From Nemertoderma westbladi (taxonomy: Eukaryota; Animalia; Xenacoelomorpha): a stretch of DNA of 64,000 nt. The stretch is taken from positions 17,756 through 81,755 of the forward strand of contig JAUCBJ010003120.1 in the NCBI GenBank assembly GCA_032718475.1, given 5' to 3'. Below are positions 52,143 through 64,000 of this stretch, one piece after another. Position 1 is the stretch's first letter; the number at the start of each line of letters is the position of its first letter. Made by a program: the position numbers and the translations under genes. The notes below the pieces were generated by a model. It was not told the origin of the DNA. It searched no databases and saw nothing but the letters and a program-made list of their open reading frames with translations.

Positions 52143-52862
52143 CCTAGATGCAGACTGGGTGACTGCCGTAGATGCAGACTGGGTGACTGCCGTAAATACA
52201 GACTGGGTGACCGCCGTATATGCAGACTGGGTGACTGCCGTAGATGCAGACTGGGTGACTGCCGTAGATGCAGACTGGGAAACTGCCGTAGATGCAGACT
52301 GGGTGACTGCCGTAGATACAGACTGGGTGACTGCCGTATATGCAGACTGGGTGACTGCCGTAGATGCAGACTGGGTGACTGCCGTAGATGCAGACTGGGT
52401 GACTGCCGTCGATGCAGACTGGGTGACTGCCGTCGATGCAGACTGGGTGACTGCCGTAGATGCAGACTGGGTGACTGCCGTAGATGCAGACTGGGTGACT
52501 GCCGTAGATGCAGACTGGGTGACTGCCGTAGATGCAGACTGGGTGACTGCCGTAGATGCAGACTGGGTGGCTGCCATAGATGCAGACTGGGTGACTGCCG
52601 TCGATGCAGACTGGGTGACTGCCGTCGATGCAGACTGGGTGACTGCCGTAGATGCAGACTGGGTGACTGCCGTAGATGCAGACTGGGTGACTGCCGTAGA
52701 TGCAGACTGGGTGACTGCCGTTGATGCAGACTAGGTGACTGCCGTAGATGCAGACTGGGTGACTGCCGTAGATGCAGACTGGGTGACTGCCGTAGATGCA
52801 GACTGGGTGACTGCCGTAGATGCAGACAAGGTGACTGCCGTAGATGGAGACTGGGTGACTGA
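52143..52862. repeat. 24-bp minisatellite (TAGATGCAGACTGGGTGACTGCCG), about 30 copies
   Basis: Direct periodicity. Confidence 0.96.
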
Positions 52863-53123
52863 CGTGATTTAAAGCAAATAAATGTGAGGACATTTACTGT
52901 TTAGATATGTAGCCATCTAGCGGGAGACTGTTTAACTGGTGTCTGAATGTCTCTAAAAAATCTCAACTTTTAGTTTTATTGTTGCCTGCAAATTTTCAAT
53001 TCGACAAAGTTAGTAGCGTGTCAAAATGGTAACAACGACGGCGACAACTATTTATTTGTAATTGACCCACCCACAACCTGTGTCGGTTCCTAAGACTCCG
53101 CTAACTTCGTGGCTTGCCCCACA
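52863..53123 (-). mobile_element. Reverse, truncated copy of the 16293-18120 element's 5' end
   Basis: The reverse complement aligns with 16293-16590 (terminus, GGGTGGGTCAATT, (GTC)n remnant, AAAAGTTGAGATTTTT, TCTCCCGCTAGA). Confidence 0.85.
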
Positions 53124-53863
53124 GCCACAAGTATGGTGTCCCAGCCCAGGTAGTTTGTTCGTGCTCAGGAATGTCACTCCATTTACTGTATTTAAAATAA
53201 TTTAACAAATCTGAATAATATATTTATAATATTATACAAAGTAAAGTTTACAAAAACCGTCACTCTACCTACATATTGATTAACATAGTGCGTACAATTG
53301 AATTGCAGTTAGTGAATTAAACATATTGAATGTAATTAAAATTAAATAGGCCTTTAATATTACTAACAATTATATCAACTCATCAACATTTAAATATTCT
53401 GTCGTAAAATAGTAAAGAAAACACTAAACATAAATAGTGATTAGAGCTTAATAGTTAGATAATTGTATTCGATTTTATAACAAGCTGCTAATACATACAA
53501 TCATTGAGACAGCTGATTGGTAGTTTCGCCCTCAACCATTAGGGCTTTCTCAGAGGATAAAGATAGTTACGGTGACAGTAGAGTGAAGTACCCAAGGAAT
53601 AAGAACAGGCAATGTGATGTTGGGGTGAGGATTACCTTACTAACAACCACTATGGAAGCAGCACCACAAACTTGCGCCAATCACGTCTCTGCTTGTTAAC
53701 ATGTCGCCCTGTTTCATTTCTAACTAGAACATTCTAGCTTACACCCCCGAACAAGATTTATTAGCAGCTTATCATCGACTAACAAAATTTAATATTATCA
53801 TTATATTATTAATTAAAAAACCATAACAAACCCAGGAATAAGTTGGCGTCAAATTACCCTTAA

Positions 53864-55978
53864 CTATCTATTTTGAGTGCTACCAGTCCAGCCTATGTAT
53901 GGATTGTATAAGGCTTGTGGATTGGGGTTTAGGTACTGGGGATGTGGCACGGCTGTCATGGTTGAATTAACCGACATTATATTGGATTCGTATGGGTTGC
54001 TAAGGGCTGCATTATATAACTTGTTGCTATGGACTGGGTTCGACTGGGGTATATACAATCTCTCTTGGGGAGTCAATGAAGGATTACTATCGGGCCTACT
54101 TGAATCTACTTGGCTAATATTTCCTGGAAAGTACTGACTAGAAAGATTGGGAACATGTTCCGAACGTTTTAACGCATAGACTGGAATACTTGGTGGGATA
54201 TTCCCAGACCGGCCAACTCTATTTACAACATACCGACTGCTAATTTTTTGCCTGGAATTGTCCGGTATACCAGGCCGGACATATGTTGTTGTAGTCAAAT
54301 CTCGCAAATCATTTAGCCCTATATTATTTGCTGGAATATTTGATCTAATATTTCCCGGAATATTGGATCTAATATTTCCCGGAATATTGGATCTAATATT
54401 TCCCGGAATATTTGATCCAATATTTCCCGGAATATTTGTTCTAATATTTCCCGGAATATTTGATCCAATATTTCCCGGAATATTTGATCCAATATTTCCC
54501 GGAATATTTGTTCTAATATTTCCCGGAATATTTGATCTAATATTTCCCGGAATATTTGATCTAATATTTCCCGGAATATTTGATCTAATATTTCCCGGAA
54601 TATTAGGCCAACTATTTACAGGAAAATAAGACCCAATATTAGACGTACTTTCGGAAATATTTAACCCAACGTTTCCCACAAACTTCGACCCACTACTAAC
54701 GGAAACCATTGGATTTCCGGTCCCATCACGACTAAATCGTTCTGTCAATATTTCCTTCGTCATTAACATCATGCTTCTATCAAAGTTATTTGGGGCAACA
54801 TTCGTATCAACCGGATCCTTATTACCAGAGAATAAACGATCACGTGTCCCAAGTTTACTTTCATTTTGTTTAGTTCCAACTGACAGACTGCTACAGGGGT
54901 ACTGTAACTCTCTTATAGTTCCCAGATAGCGATCTAAACCCTGTATACTCGGTTGATCTTCAACAAATACGCGTGAATGATATTGATCTTTAATTTCGTA
55001 ATTATTGAATTTCTCATGAGTGCTGCGTCGATCTAAAATATCAGATCTTTTCGCGCCCGAAATATCCAATCTCGTCCGATCCGCTTTCCTTACAACGTCG
55101 CGTGTTTTACCATGTCGTATTTTCGCCCAATCTGTTTGCTCCTTTGGTGTCTCGCCGAAGGACCAACTTTGGCACCACCGCAACCGATTAGCCGCCTCCG
55201 CTCGACTACGTTCTACAGCGGAAGTGACGTCATATCCGCATCGAGTGCTGTTGATAACCGATGGGCGGACAACACTGTTTCCAGTATTAGGCATCAATGA
55301 GTAACTGACAATCTCACCAACCTCTATATTGGAACTCTTCTTCTCTCCGATATCTACATCACTATTGGGTGATTCGACTTCTTCAAACTCGATACAGATA
55401 TCAGGAATATCGACTTTAACCTCCGCTTTCTCTTGTAATGGAGTCATTTCTGTCTCCTTGCAATCAAGTATACTGGTTTCGTCTGTTGTTTGATCGGATG
55501 GTGGTTCCTTTTCGACGTCACAACATTTCGGACATCGCCACATATTCGGGACACCGTCGACCACGACGCCACCGCCACTCGAACACTCGATATGGACGAT
55601 TTCGCGGCAGACACTGCACTCATAGAGAGGGGGCGCCACACCCACACCCAATCCGTCGCAGATGCGGCACTTACAGGACCGCGCGAGCACGGGCGCGAGA
55701 CACGCGCGCTCGCGACACGACTGCTTGAGACGACCGGCGCCGCCGAACTTTATCTTATCCAAACAGTTGACGCACTCGCGGCAGTCCGACCGCATACACC
55801 CGTCGCACTGCCGACACGGGTTCCGTCGACGCTGCAGACTGCCGCTAGAGGGCGCTAAGTAGTGCGTAGAGTCGAACCCCAGGGCGGGACATCCGGGACA
55901 GTCCCAGTAGCGACGGGATTCATCGACCGAACGATCCAATAGATTAGCATCGCCAACTCGGCAATCTAAGTGAACCGC
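53864..55978 (-). CDS. KDM2: KDM2-family demethylase, last exon (end of PHD1, CXXC2-PHD2, long disordered tail)
   Basis: TTTATTTAG acceptor; AVHLDC...WDCPGC; RRRNPCRQCDGCMRSDCRECVNCLDKIKFGGAGRLKQSCRERAC; CRICDG...ECSVCREIVHIEC...PNMWRCPKC; stop at 53864. Confidence 0.85.
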   Translation of the reverse strand, partial: AVHLDCRVGDANLLDRSVDESRRYWDCPGCPALGFDSTHYLAPSSGSLQRRRNPCRQCDGCMRSDCRECVNCLDKIKFGGAGRLKQSCRERACLAPVLARSCKCRICDGLGVGVAPPLYECSVCREIVHIECSSGGGVVVDGVPNMWRCPKCCDVEKEPPSDQTTDETSILDCKETEMTPLQEKAEVKVDIPDICIEFEEVESPNSDVDIGEKKSSNIEVGEIVSYSLMPNTGNSVVRPSVINSTRCGYDVTSAVERSRAEAANRLRWCQSWSFGETPKEQTDWAKIRHGKTRDVVRKADRTRLDISGAKRSDILDRRSTHEKFNNYEIKDQYHSRVFVEDQPSIQGLDRYLGTIRELQYPCSSLSVGTKQNESKLGTRDRLFSGNKDPVDTNVAPNNFDRSMMLMTKEILTERFSRDGTGNPMVSVSSGSKFVGNVGLNISESTSNIGSYFPVNSWPNIPGNIRSNIPGNIRSNIPGNIRSNIPGNIRTNIPGNIGSNIPGNIGSNIPGNIRTNIPGNIGSNIPGNIRSNIPGNIRSNIPGNIRSNIPANNIGLNDLRDLTTTTYVRPGIPDNSRQKISSRYVVNRVGRSGNIPPSIPVYALKRSEHVPNLSSQYFPGNISQVDSSRPDSNPSLTPQERLYIPQSNPVHSNKLYNAALSNPYESNIMSVNSTMTAVPHPQYLNPNPQALYNPYIGWTGSTQNR
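54330..54610 (-). repeat. Coding 24-bp tandem repeat (NIPGNIRS/NIPGNIGS), about 11 copies
   Basis: In frame within the last KDM2 exon. Confidence 0.9.
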
Positions 55979-56189
55979 CTAAATAAAATAATCAATAATC
56001 AATATTAATTATTATTAATAAATTATTATAAGGGATAAATTTCAAAAATTGTCGTTTTTACTTAAAAAAAATAATAAATCTGTGTTTGTCTCTGGCATAG
56101 CTTTTGGGCATGGGCGATGTAGACAAATACACCAATATAGAAAATACAAAATACATAACATAGTGCCGGTACTCTCGATAACACTCGAT

Positions 56190-56526
56190 TAGTGTTTAAA
56201 CGGAACCCCGAACTATAAATTGTGAAGTACATTTCTTGAATATCTGATAAAAAAAATAGTTCCAGCAGAACTGAAATGTTTTGATTTTATCAAATTTGTA
56301 TTTCAGTAAACCATCCAGTAATCTACAGTAGGTCAGGTATAGTACCCCGATCTTACTAATATTTCATAAGTGTAAGATAAACTGAGTGTTACCCAAAACT
56401 CGTCACATATTATTATACTAATAACTTTAAGGAATTTAATCCAAAATTGCAATCCCGATCCCGAAAATCGGGATTCCGAGAGTGATAATCCCGATCCAAG
56501 AAAAGTCTGATCCCGTTTAAACACTA
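56190..56526. mobile_element. MITE with TAGTGTTTAAACGG TIRs (hAT-like); related end at 59371
   Basis: TAGTGTTTAAACGG ... CCGTTTAAACACTA; subterminal ATCCCG repeats; no clear TSD. Confidence 0.6.
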
Positions 56527-57272
56527 ACATAGTTGCATAGTAATTTCAATAAAATGTACTGGGGCAACTTTCTATTCCGTTATGAATTGCCCAAAATGGG
56601 GACAAATTATGTGATGATAAGTGTGAAACGTTGCTCTTAAATTGCGAAATGTAATTCTAGAATGTTAAAATTTAACGTGATAGTAAGTTTTCCAGAGGTT
56701 CAACGTTATTATTATAGTGTAGCGGAGATCTGCAATGTAGCAATGAAGCTATTATGTGATATGTACGTACATAGTTACTATAGTTCGAAGTGAGTTGAGT
56801 TACAAAATACCCTCCATGCTACTCTATGACCTTGCAGAAGATCACAATTTCATAATTAATTGCAATATGAACCTCTGTTGGGGGCGATGTACAGAAAAGT
56901 GGCCAAACTATAGACATTCTTTGGTAAAATATAATGATTCTCAAAACCCGATAATAGAGCTGGAAGTTCAGAGTCTGTAGAATTCATTCAGACATTGTCT
57001 GAGCCTAATAATAATATATAACCTGGTATAATGAAATACTGCTTGTTTGTGCGGCATGTAAATGTTATGAGAGCCTGGTTACAGGCATGGTTACGTGTGG
57101 GACAGTTATGGTACGAAACACACTGCCAGACACACATTGTAAGGGACACATACAACCATTATGATACATATTATATTAAAAGAAAGTATTTTCAAGGATG
57201 ATTTCAGAAATGTTCTTGTTTCACAGAGTTACCAACTATATGCAATTATATTGGCTATAACAATTGGTACAG

Positions 57273-57468
57273 GAGGGGGTTACAGGTGGGTGGGGGTTAC
57301 AGGGGGTTACAGGTGGGTGGGGGTTACAGGGGGTTACAGGTGGGTGGGGGTTACAGGGGGTTACAGGTGGGTGGGGGTTACAGGGGGTTACAGGTGGGTG
57401 GGGGTTACAGGGGGTTACAGGTGGGTGGGGGTTACAGGGGGTTACAGGTGGGTGGGCGTTACAGGGGG
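57273..57468. repeat. 27-bp G-rich minisatellite (ACAGGGGGTTACAGGTGGGTGGGGGTT), about 7 copies
   Basis: Direct periodicity. Confidence 0.95.
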
Positions 57469-58064
57469 TATACATGAGGGGACAGTTTATGGTTTTCTTT
57501 TCGGTTTAGATTCGAAGCTCATCAAAAATCCCTCTTCAAATCTTTATATTTTTATCTTCAAAACTTGAAAATTCTTGATACTTTGAATTTGGATAATTGT
57601 TTTCGAGTATTACAGCTCTAGAGCTACAGGTAATTTACAAATTCATTACAAATTTATAGGATTGTCTGTAACAACAATTAATTGATTAATTGATATAACA
57701 TTTTTTCAATTTAGACATTTTAGGTATTTAGTATAAAATTAACTACCACATCGACAGATTATGATGTTTATTTAAATTTTAAGACAAATTTCCCAGCCTT
57801 AATTTGGTATACCTGTACCTGTACGTTTAACATTATATTTCCTGAAATTTCATTCAGTAGAAATGGAATCAAACCATGGGCTCATTGATTACAACGGGAG
57901 CTAAAATAAAAAAGTTACAGCACAACATAACTTACACAATTAGTGTACATTCAGATGGGGATCCAGTAAAAAAACCAATAAACATTTCAGGAACCAATAA
58001 GAATAACTTCTCATTTACACATATCAGCCCCTATGGATACCACGACCCATAAACCAATACTAAC

Positions 58065-59292
58065 CTCGTGACAACTGCGACACTCGTAGAGTACCGCCAT
58101 CTCCGACCCTTTCCCGCACACTCTGCACCGCAGGGACCAGGCCAGGACCGGCACCCGGCAGACCCGTAGACGACAACTCGTCTTCAGCCTCCCGCTCCCT
58201 CCGTTCCCGGGTTTATCCAGACAGCTAACGCAATAGCCGCAGTCGTCTCGTTGGCATTCCGCGCACTTCCGACAACGCATTCGCATGCGAAGGCGTCGTT
58301 CCGGCTTACCGGATGCAGTAGAACCGGCCGACGATAGAGCGGGAGATAAACTCGATACAGAAGATACTTCTGAGTGAATATGGGAAATTCCGTCATTACC
58401 GACAGAATGTCGGGCCGTCGGTGAAACACTCGAGTTGGTAGGAGCTACTATAACTGATTGAGTTCTAGAACACAACTTAGTTGACTCCATAGCGGGTGGA
58501 CTAACAGTTCTAGAATACTGGAAGGGAGTGTAACTAATAGAAGGTTTAGAGAAACTCCCAAGGTTGTTCTCAAATCTCCGGGAACTCAATAAAGTCGACT
58601 TTATTTGCGTCGATAGTTTATTAGTTACGGGGGGTTTTACTAACTCGTTTACCGGTTTATTATAAGCCGCGTTTATTTTACGTTTTCGGTCTCTTAGCAA
58701 CCCGCATTTAACGGAGTTACTTTTTATTTTTTCTTCGCGAATTTCCAATTTTTTCAACTTTTTCTTGGGAATCAGCGACTGATTGCGAACTGAAGCGACG
58801 TTGAACCGGTCGCAGTACTGGTTGTCGATGTATTTCCGGAAGTCCGGATGCCGTTGCAGCGCTCCGGAGGCTAGCAGGGTCTCCTCCTCGGAGGCTTGCG
58901 GGGTCTCACCCCCTCGAGCCTCCAACACGACCACCATCTTCCGGGACTCCCTCAGCAACTCTTCTGGATCCTCTATAAGCTGGGAACTCCCCGAGGCCTC
59001 CGGTCGACTCAGATAGGCCACCAACTCCCGGATTCCCTCCAACTCCAACGGAGTTACCACCGCGTCGTTCCCTTCCGGTTCCACTTCACTCTTCTCTACC
59101 GGTTCCTCCGGTTCTTCCCGACTCCTCCCCGAGGATTCTCGCCGCCTTCGCTTCCGTCCCCGACTCTCCTCCAGGTAACAGAACCCGCTGAGGGCCCCCG
59201 GCCGCGAGAGATCCCGCAGGAAGCCTCGTCCACGAAATACCGCTACGTAACGCTCCAACACAAACCAAAGCAATTCACGGAAAAACGGGAAC
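58065..59292 (-). CDS. KDM2: KDM2-family exon (post-JmjC helical domain, CXXC1, start of PHD1)
   Basis: RFPFFRELLWFVLERY (KDM2 RYPFYYEMCWYVLERY-like); MRCRKCAECQRDDCGYCVSCLDKPGNGGSGRLKTSCRLRVC; GAG|GTTAGT donor, phase 0. Confidence 0.88.
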
Positions 59293-59864
59293 CTGTCGAG
59301 GGATAATTAATTAATCTATACTACAATAATTCAACATTATTACCGGTACCGGTACAAAATACCGGTACCGCAGTGTTTAAACGGGATCCCGGTGACAAAT
59401 ACAATCCTGGTCCCGACGTATAAATAGTGAAGTAATTTATTCAGGGATTCCGAGGTCGCTGATAAAAATATTTCTGGTATTGCAGCCATAATTTTTGGTG
59501 CCGTTCTGGTGCCACAGGTAGAACAGTACAAGCAGGAAAATTTCAAACTGCTAAAATTCGCATTTGTTTGGGTAATTCTGAAACTATACTGGTTTTAAAG
59601 GTCGCTGATCACGATACATCTCGTTACAAATCTGTCAGGGTATCGCAACTATCATTTTTGGTGCTTGATTGGTGTGACAAAAAGTACAAGTATATATCAT
59701 AAAATTTCAAACTGCCAAAAATGTAATTTCTTTGAATAATTCTGAAGCTATATACAGCTGGGTTTTCGAGGTTGCTGATCACTTTAGAACTTGTTAGAAA
59801 TATTTTATGGTACCGGTAGTGTAACCATCAAATTTATTATCAATTTGTGATACTTATAAAAATA

Positions 59865-62533
59865 CTGGATATGGGTGCCAGAGTGGGACCACAGCACACT
59901 GGATATGGGTGCCAGAGTGGGACCACAGCACAATGGATATGGGTGCCAGAGTGGGACCACAGCACACTGGATATGGGTGCCAGAGTGGGACCACAGCACA
60001 ATGGATATGGGTGCCAGAGTGGGACCACAGCACACTGGATATGGGTGCCAGAGTGGGACCACAGCACAATGGATATGGGTGCCAGAGTGGGACCACAGCA
60101 CACTGGATATGGGTGCCAGAGTGGGACCACAGCACACTGGATATGGGTGCCAGAGTGGGACCACAGCACACTGGATATGGGTGCCAGAGTGGGACCACAG
60201 CACACTGGATATGGGTGCCAGAGTGGGACCACAGCACACTGGATATGGGTGCCAGAGTGGGACCACAGCACACTGGATATGGGTGCCAGACTGGGACCAC
60301 AGCACAATGGATATGGGTGCCAAACTGGGACCACAGCACACTGGATATGGGTGCCAAACTGGGACCACAGCACACTGGATATGGGTGCCAAAGTGGGACC
60401 ACAGCACACTGGATATGGGTACCAGAGTGGGACCACAGCACACTGGATATGGGTGCCAAAGTGGGACCACAGCACACTGGATATGGGTACCAGAGTGGGA
60501 CCACAGCACAATGGATATGGGTGCCAGAGTGGGACCACAGCACACTGGATATTGGTGCCAGAGTGGGACCACAGCACACTGGATATGGGTGCCAGAGTGG
60601 GACCATAGCACACTGGATATGGGTGCCAGAGTGGGACCACAGCACTCTGGATATGGTTGCCAGAGTGGGACCATAGCACACTGGATATGGGTGCCAGAGT
60701 GGGACCACAGCACAATGGATATGGGTGCCAGAGTGGGACCACACCACACTGGATATTGGTGCCAGAGTGGGACCATAGCACACTGGATATTGGTGCCAGA
60801 GTGGGACCATAGCACACTGGATATGGGTGCCAGAGTGGGACCATAGCACACTGGATATGGGTGCCAGAGTGGGACCACAGCACAATAGATATGGGTGCCA
60901 GAGTGGGACCACAGCACACTGGATATTGGTGCCAGAGTGGGACCATAGCACACTGGATATGGGTGCCAGAGTGGGACCACAGCACAATGGATATGGGTGC
61001 CGGAGTGGAACCACAGCACAATGGATATGGGTGCCAGAGTGGGACCATAGCACACTGGATATGGGTGCCAGAGTGGGACCATAGCACACTGGATATGGGT
61101 GCCAGAGTGGGACCACATCACAATAGATATGGGTGCCAGAGTGGGACCACAGCACACTGGATATGGGTGCCAGAGTGGGACCACAGCACAATGGATATGG
61201 GTGCCAGGGTGGGACCACAGCACACTGGATATGGGTGCCAGAGTGGGACCACAGCACACTGGATATGGGTGCCAGAGTGGGACCATAGCACACTGGATAT
61301 GGGTGCCAGAGTGGGACCATAGCACACTGGATATGGGTGCCAGAGTGGGACCACAGCACAATGGATATGGGTGCCAGAGTGGGACCATAGCACACTGGAT
61401 ATGGGTGCCAGAGTGGGACCACAGCACAATAGATATGGGTGCCAGAGTGGGACCACAGCACACTGGATATGGGTGCCAGAGTGGGACCACAGCACAATGG
61501 ATATGGGTGCCAGGGTGGGACCACAGCACACTGGATATGGGTGCCAGAGTGGGACCACAGCACACTGGATATGGGTGCCAGAGTGGGACCATAGCACACT
61601 GGATATGGATGCCAGAGTGGGACCACAGCACAATGGATATGGGTGCCAGGGTGGGACCACAGCACACTGGATATGGGTGCCAGAGTGGGACCACAGCACA
61701 CTGGATATGGGTGCCAGAGTGGGACCATAGCACACTGGATATGGGTGCCAGAGTGGGACCATAGCACACTGGATATGGGTGCCAGAGTGGGACCACAGCA
61801 CAATGGATATGGGTGCCAGAGTGGGACCATAGCACACTGGATATGGGTGCCAGAGTGGGACCACAGCACAATGGATATGGGTGCCAGGGTGGGACCACAG
61901 CACACTGGATATGGGTGCCAGAGTGGGACCACAGCACACTGGATATGGGTGCCAGAGTGGGACCATAGCACACTGGATATGGGTGCCAGAGTGGGACCAT
62001 AGCACACTGGATATGGGTGCCAGAGTGGGACCACAGCACAATGGATATGGGTGCCAGAGTGGGACCATAGCACACTGGATATGGGTGCCAGAGTGGGACC
62101 ACAGCACAATAGATATGGGTGCCAGAGTGGGACCACAGCACACTGGATATGGGTGCCAGAGTGGGACCACAGCACAATGGATATGGGTGCCAGAGTGGGA
62201 CCACAGCACAATGGATATGGGTGCCAGAGAGGGACCATAGCACACTGGATATGGGTGCCAGAGTGGGACCACAGCACAATGGATATGAGTGCCAGAGTGG
62301 GACCACAGCACAATGGATATGGGTGCCAGAGTGGGACCATAGCACACTGGATATGGGTGCCAGAGTGGGACCATAGCACACTGGATATGGGTGCCAGAGT
62401 GGGACCACAGTACACTGGATATGGGTGCCAGAGTGGGACCATAGCACACTGGATATGGGTGCCAGAGTGGGACCACAGCACAATGGATATGGGTGCCAGA
62501 GTGGGACCATAGCACACTGGATATGGGTGCCAG
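59865..62533. repeat. 34-bp minisatellite (CTGGATATGGGTGCCAGAGTGGGACCACAGCACA), about 78 copies, in a KDM2 intron
   Basis: Direct periodicity; stop-free in several frames. Confidence 0.97.
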
Positions 62534-62698
62534 AGGTATGGGTGCAACAAACGTGGCTCAAAGATACAGATGAATTAAAAAATTATTCTAAAAAATCGAT
62601 TCAAATTCACAAATTATCGAAATTGAAAAAAAATGTAATTCGACTCTAAAGTGAACAGCCCGCAGCCCCGTACATTAATAATATAAGGAATAAAATAC

Positions 62699-63010
62699 CT
62701 GAATGCGGAATGAACTCGAACCCGTCTCTCTATCTCTACGACCCGGAGTTGGGAAGCGACCGCGAAACTGTGGAGGAAGTTCCCGCCGAAAACCAGCGAA
62801 TCCTCGGGAGTGTAAACCGCGTGGATCCACCCGCACGGGATGAAGAAGGTCGAGCCGGCACCCAGCTCCACCCTGACGCACCGATCTACCGCGTCGCCGA
62901 GGAACAGGTCCCCCTGGCGCCCGCTCATAGTCCACTCGATGTAGAGTTGGAGATTCCGTTCCGACGGGGGTATCATAAAGAAAACCTTACGGCCCCGGAT
63001 AATGTGGTAC
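62699..63010 (-). CDS. KDM2: KDM2-family JmjC domain C-terminal exon (upstream exons lie beyond the window)
   Basis: [15 protein letters not shown]...[29 protein letters not shown]; CCTACAG acceptor, AG|GTATTT donor. Confidence 0.93.
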
Positions 63011-63081
63011 CTGTAGGTGAAGGTGGGAGGTGATATATATTCACAATATTGTTCCGGAGTAGCAGTACCTAGTACCGGTAG

Positions 63082-63581
63082 TAGGGATGTGGCGAATGTC
63101 CGTATCCGCATTCGCATCTCTTGAATGCGAATGGTACATGCGGATGTTGCATGCGAATGGTACATGCGGATGTTGCATGCGAATGGTACATGCGGATGTT
63201 GCATGCATTATCTAAGCACCCTGTCTGCGCATATCCAACAATAATCACTCAATTAAAAAAATGTCAATAATAATTACTTTTAAATTATCTTAAACTTTTT
63301 TTGCTTTTATCTTTAAAATTATCAAAATATAAAATTATTTCTTACTAGATATCAACTTGGCCAGAAGTAAATGCATTAGTTCCTGGTGCATTAAGGATAA
63401 GCAATGGTAGGGGTAGCAATATTTTTGTTTGTTATATTTTGTTATATTATTGGCAATGAATATTAATATAAGATTTGAATATTAAAATGCTGGTGCAATC
63501 TTTATGTAGAAGGGAGGCCGGACAAAAATATGTATGTATATCCGTGCGGATGTCAAAAATATGACATTCGCAACATCCCTA
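63082..63581. mobile_element. hAT-like MITE (TAGGGATG...CATCCCTA) with three internal 26-bp repeats
   Basis: TIR TAGGGATGTGGCGAATGTC / GACATTCGCAACATCCCTA; 8-bp flanks ACCGGTAG and TCCGGTAA (6/8 identical). Confidence 0.75.
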
Positions 63582-64000
63582 TCCGGTAACGCTACCTAAT
63601 GTATTAATTCAGGTACCGATACTTTCTAATTCATAGACCTCTAATCTGTCCGGTAAATTTAACATACATTCGTGCATGGGAATTTGAAACACGGGTAGTT
63701 TAAACTTTCCGGCTTAGTGGATTTAAATCTTTGTTGTCCCCGTCAATATTGCACCGCACCACACACCAGCCCAGCACCGCACCACTTAGTTTCACAGCAG
63801 TTATTTTCTAATCTTATATCAGTAGTGTTTTGTTTGTTGCCGGCACAGTGTCGAGGGATGCAATCATTAAAACGCTTGTACTGTAGATAAAGATGGGCCA
63901 CACGTAAATAGGGAAGTAAAGTCAAACTATCTCTCTATAAAGGGGTCTGCGTACGATGTACATGTATCAAAACACTATTGGTGGTATACTTATACCAAGG

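Noticed and set aside
52140-52893. Antifreeze- or mucin-like repeat proteins (TAVTQSAS, VTAVDADW)
   Set aside because: The ORFs begin and end with the 24-bp array; there is no signal peptide or unique coding flank.
55841-55856. CTCF-like CCGCTAGAGGGCGC in the KDM2 exon
   Set aside because: It is a single occurrence explained by the codons for APSSG, with no other element sequence nearby.
59805-62561. 900-aa Cys/His/Trp-rich ORFs
   Set aside because: The 34-bp repeat is open in several frames on both strands and lies inside a phase-consistent KDM2 intron.

Overview
AT-rich metazoan (probably invertebrate) genomic window with spliceosomal GT-AG introns and many repeats. Four host genes can be reconstructed by hand with consistent splice phases. 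(1) The 3' part of a GPATCH8/ZNF804-family gene (+; seven exons, 9781-28955). (2) A complete three-exon ETFA gene (-; 12139-15414) nested antisense inside one of its introns. (3) An intronless DRC7/CCDC135 (+; 48926-51472). (4) The 3' part of a KDM2-family JmjC demethylase (-; 53864-63010) with two CXXC-PHD modules and no visible F-box/LRR. Mobile DNA includes a very young 12.6-kb BEL/Pao LTR element (30907-43524, GGCGG TSD) lacking RT and integrase but carrying an extra zinc-knuckle ORF, three non-LTR RT fragments, several MITEs, and a dispersed element family whose 146-bp internal repeats each carry a CTCF-like motif. Most large introns contain a distinct minisatellite. Several of these are built from splice-site sequence; the clearest is a ~296-copy, in-frame heptad amplification of an exon/5' splice-site junction. 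Most long ORFs in the supplied track are repeat read-throughs. All family assignments rest on motif recognition, not database searches.
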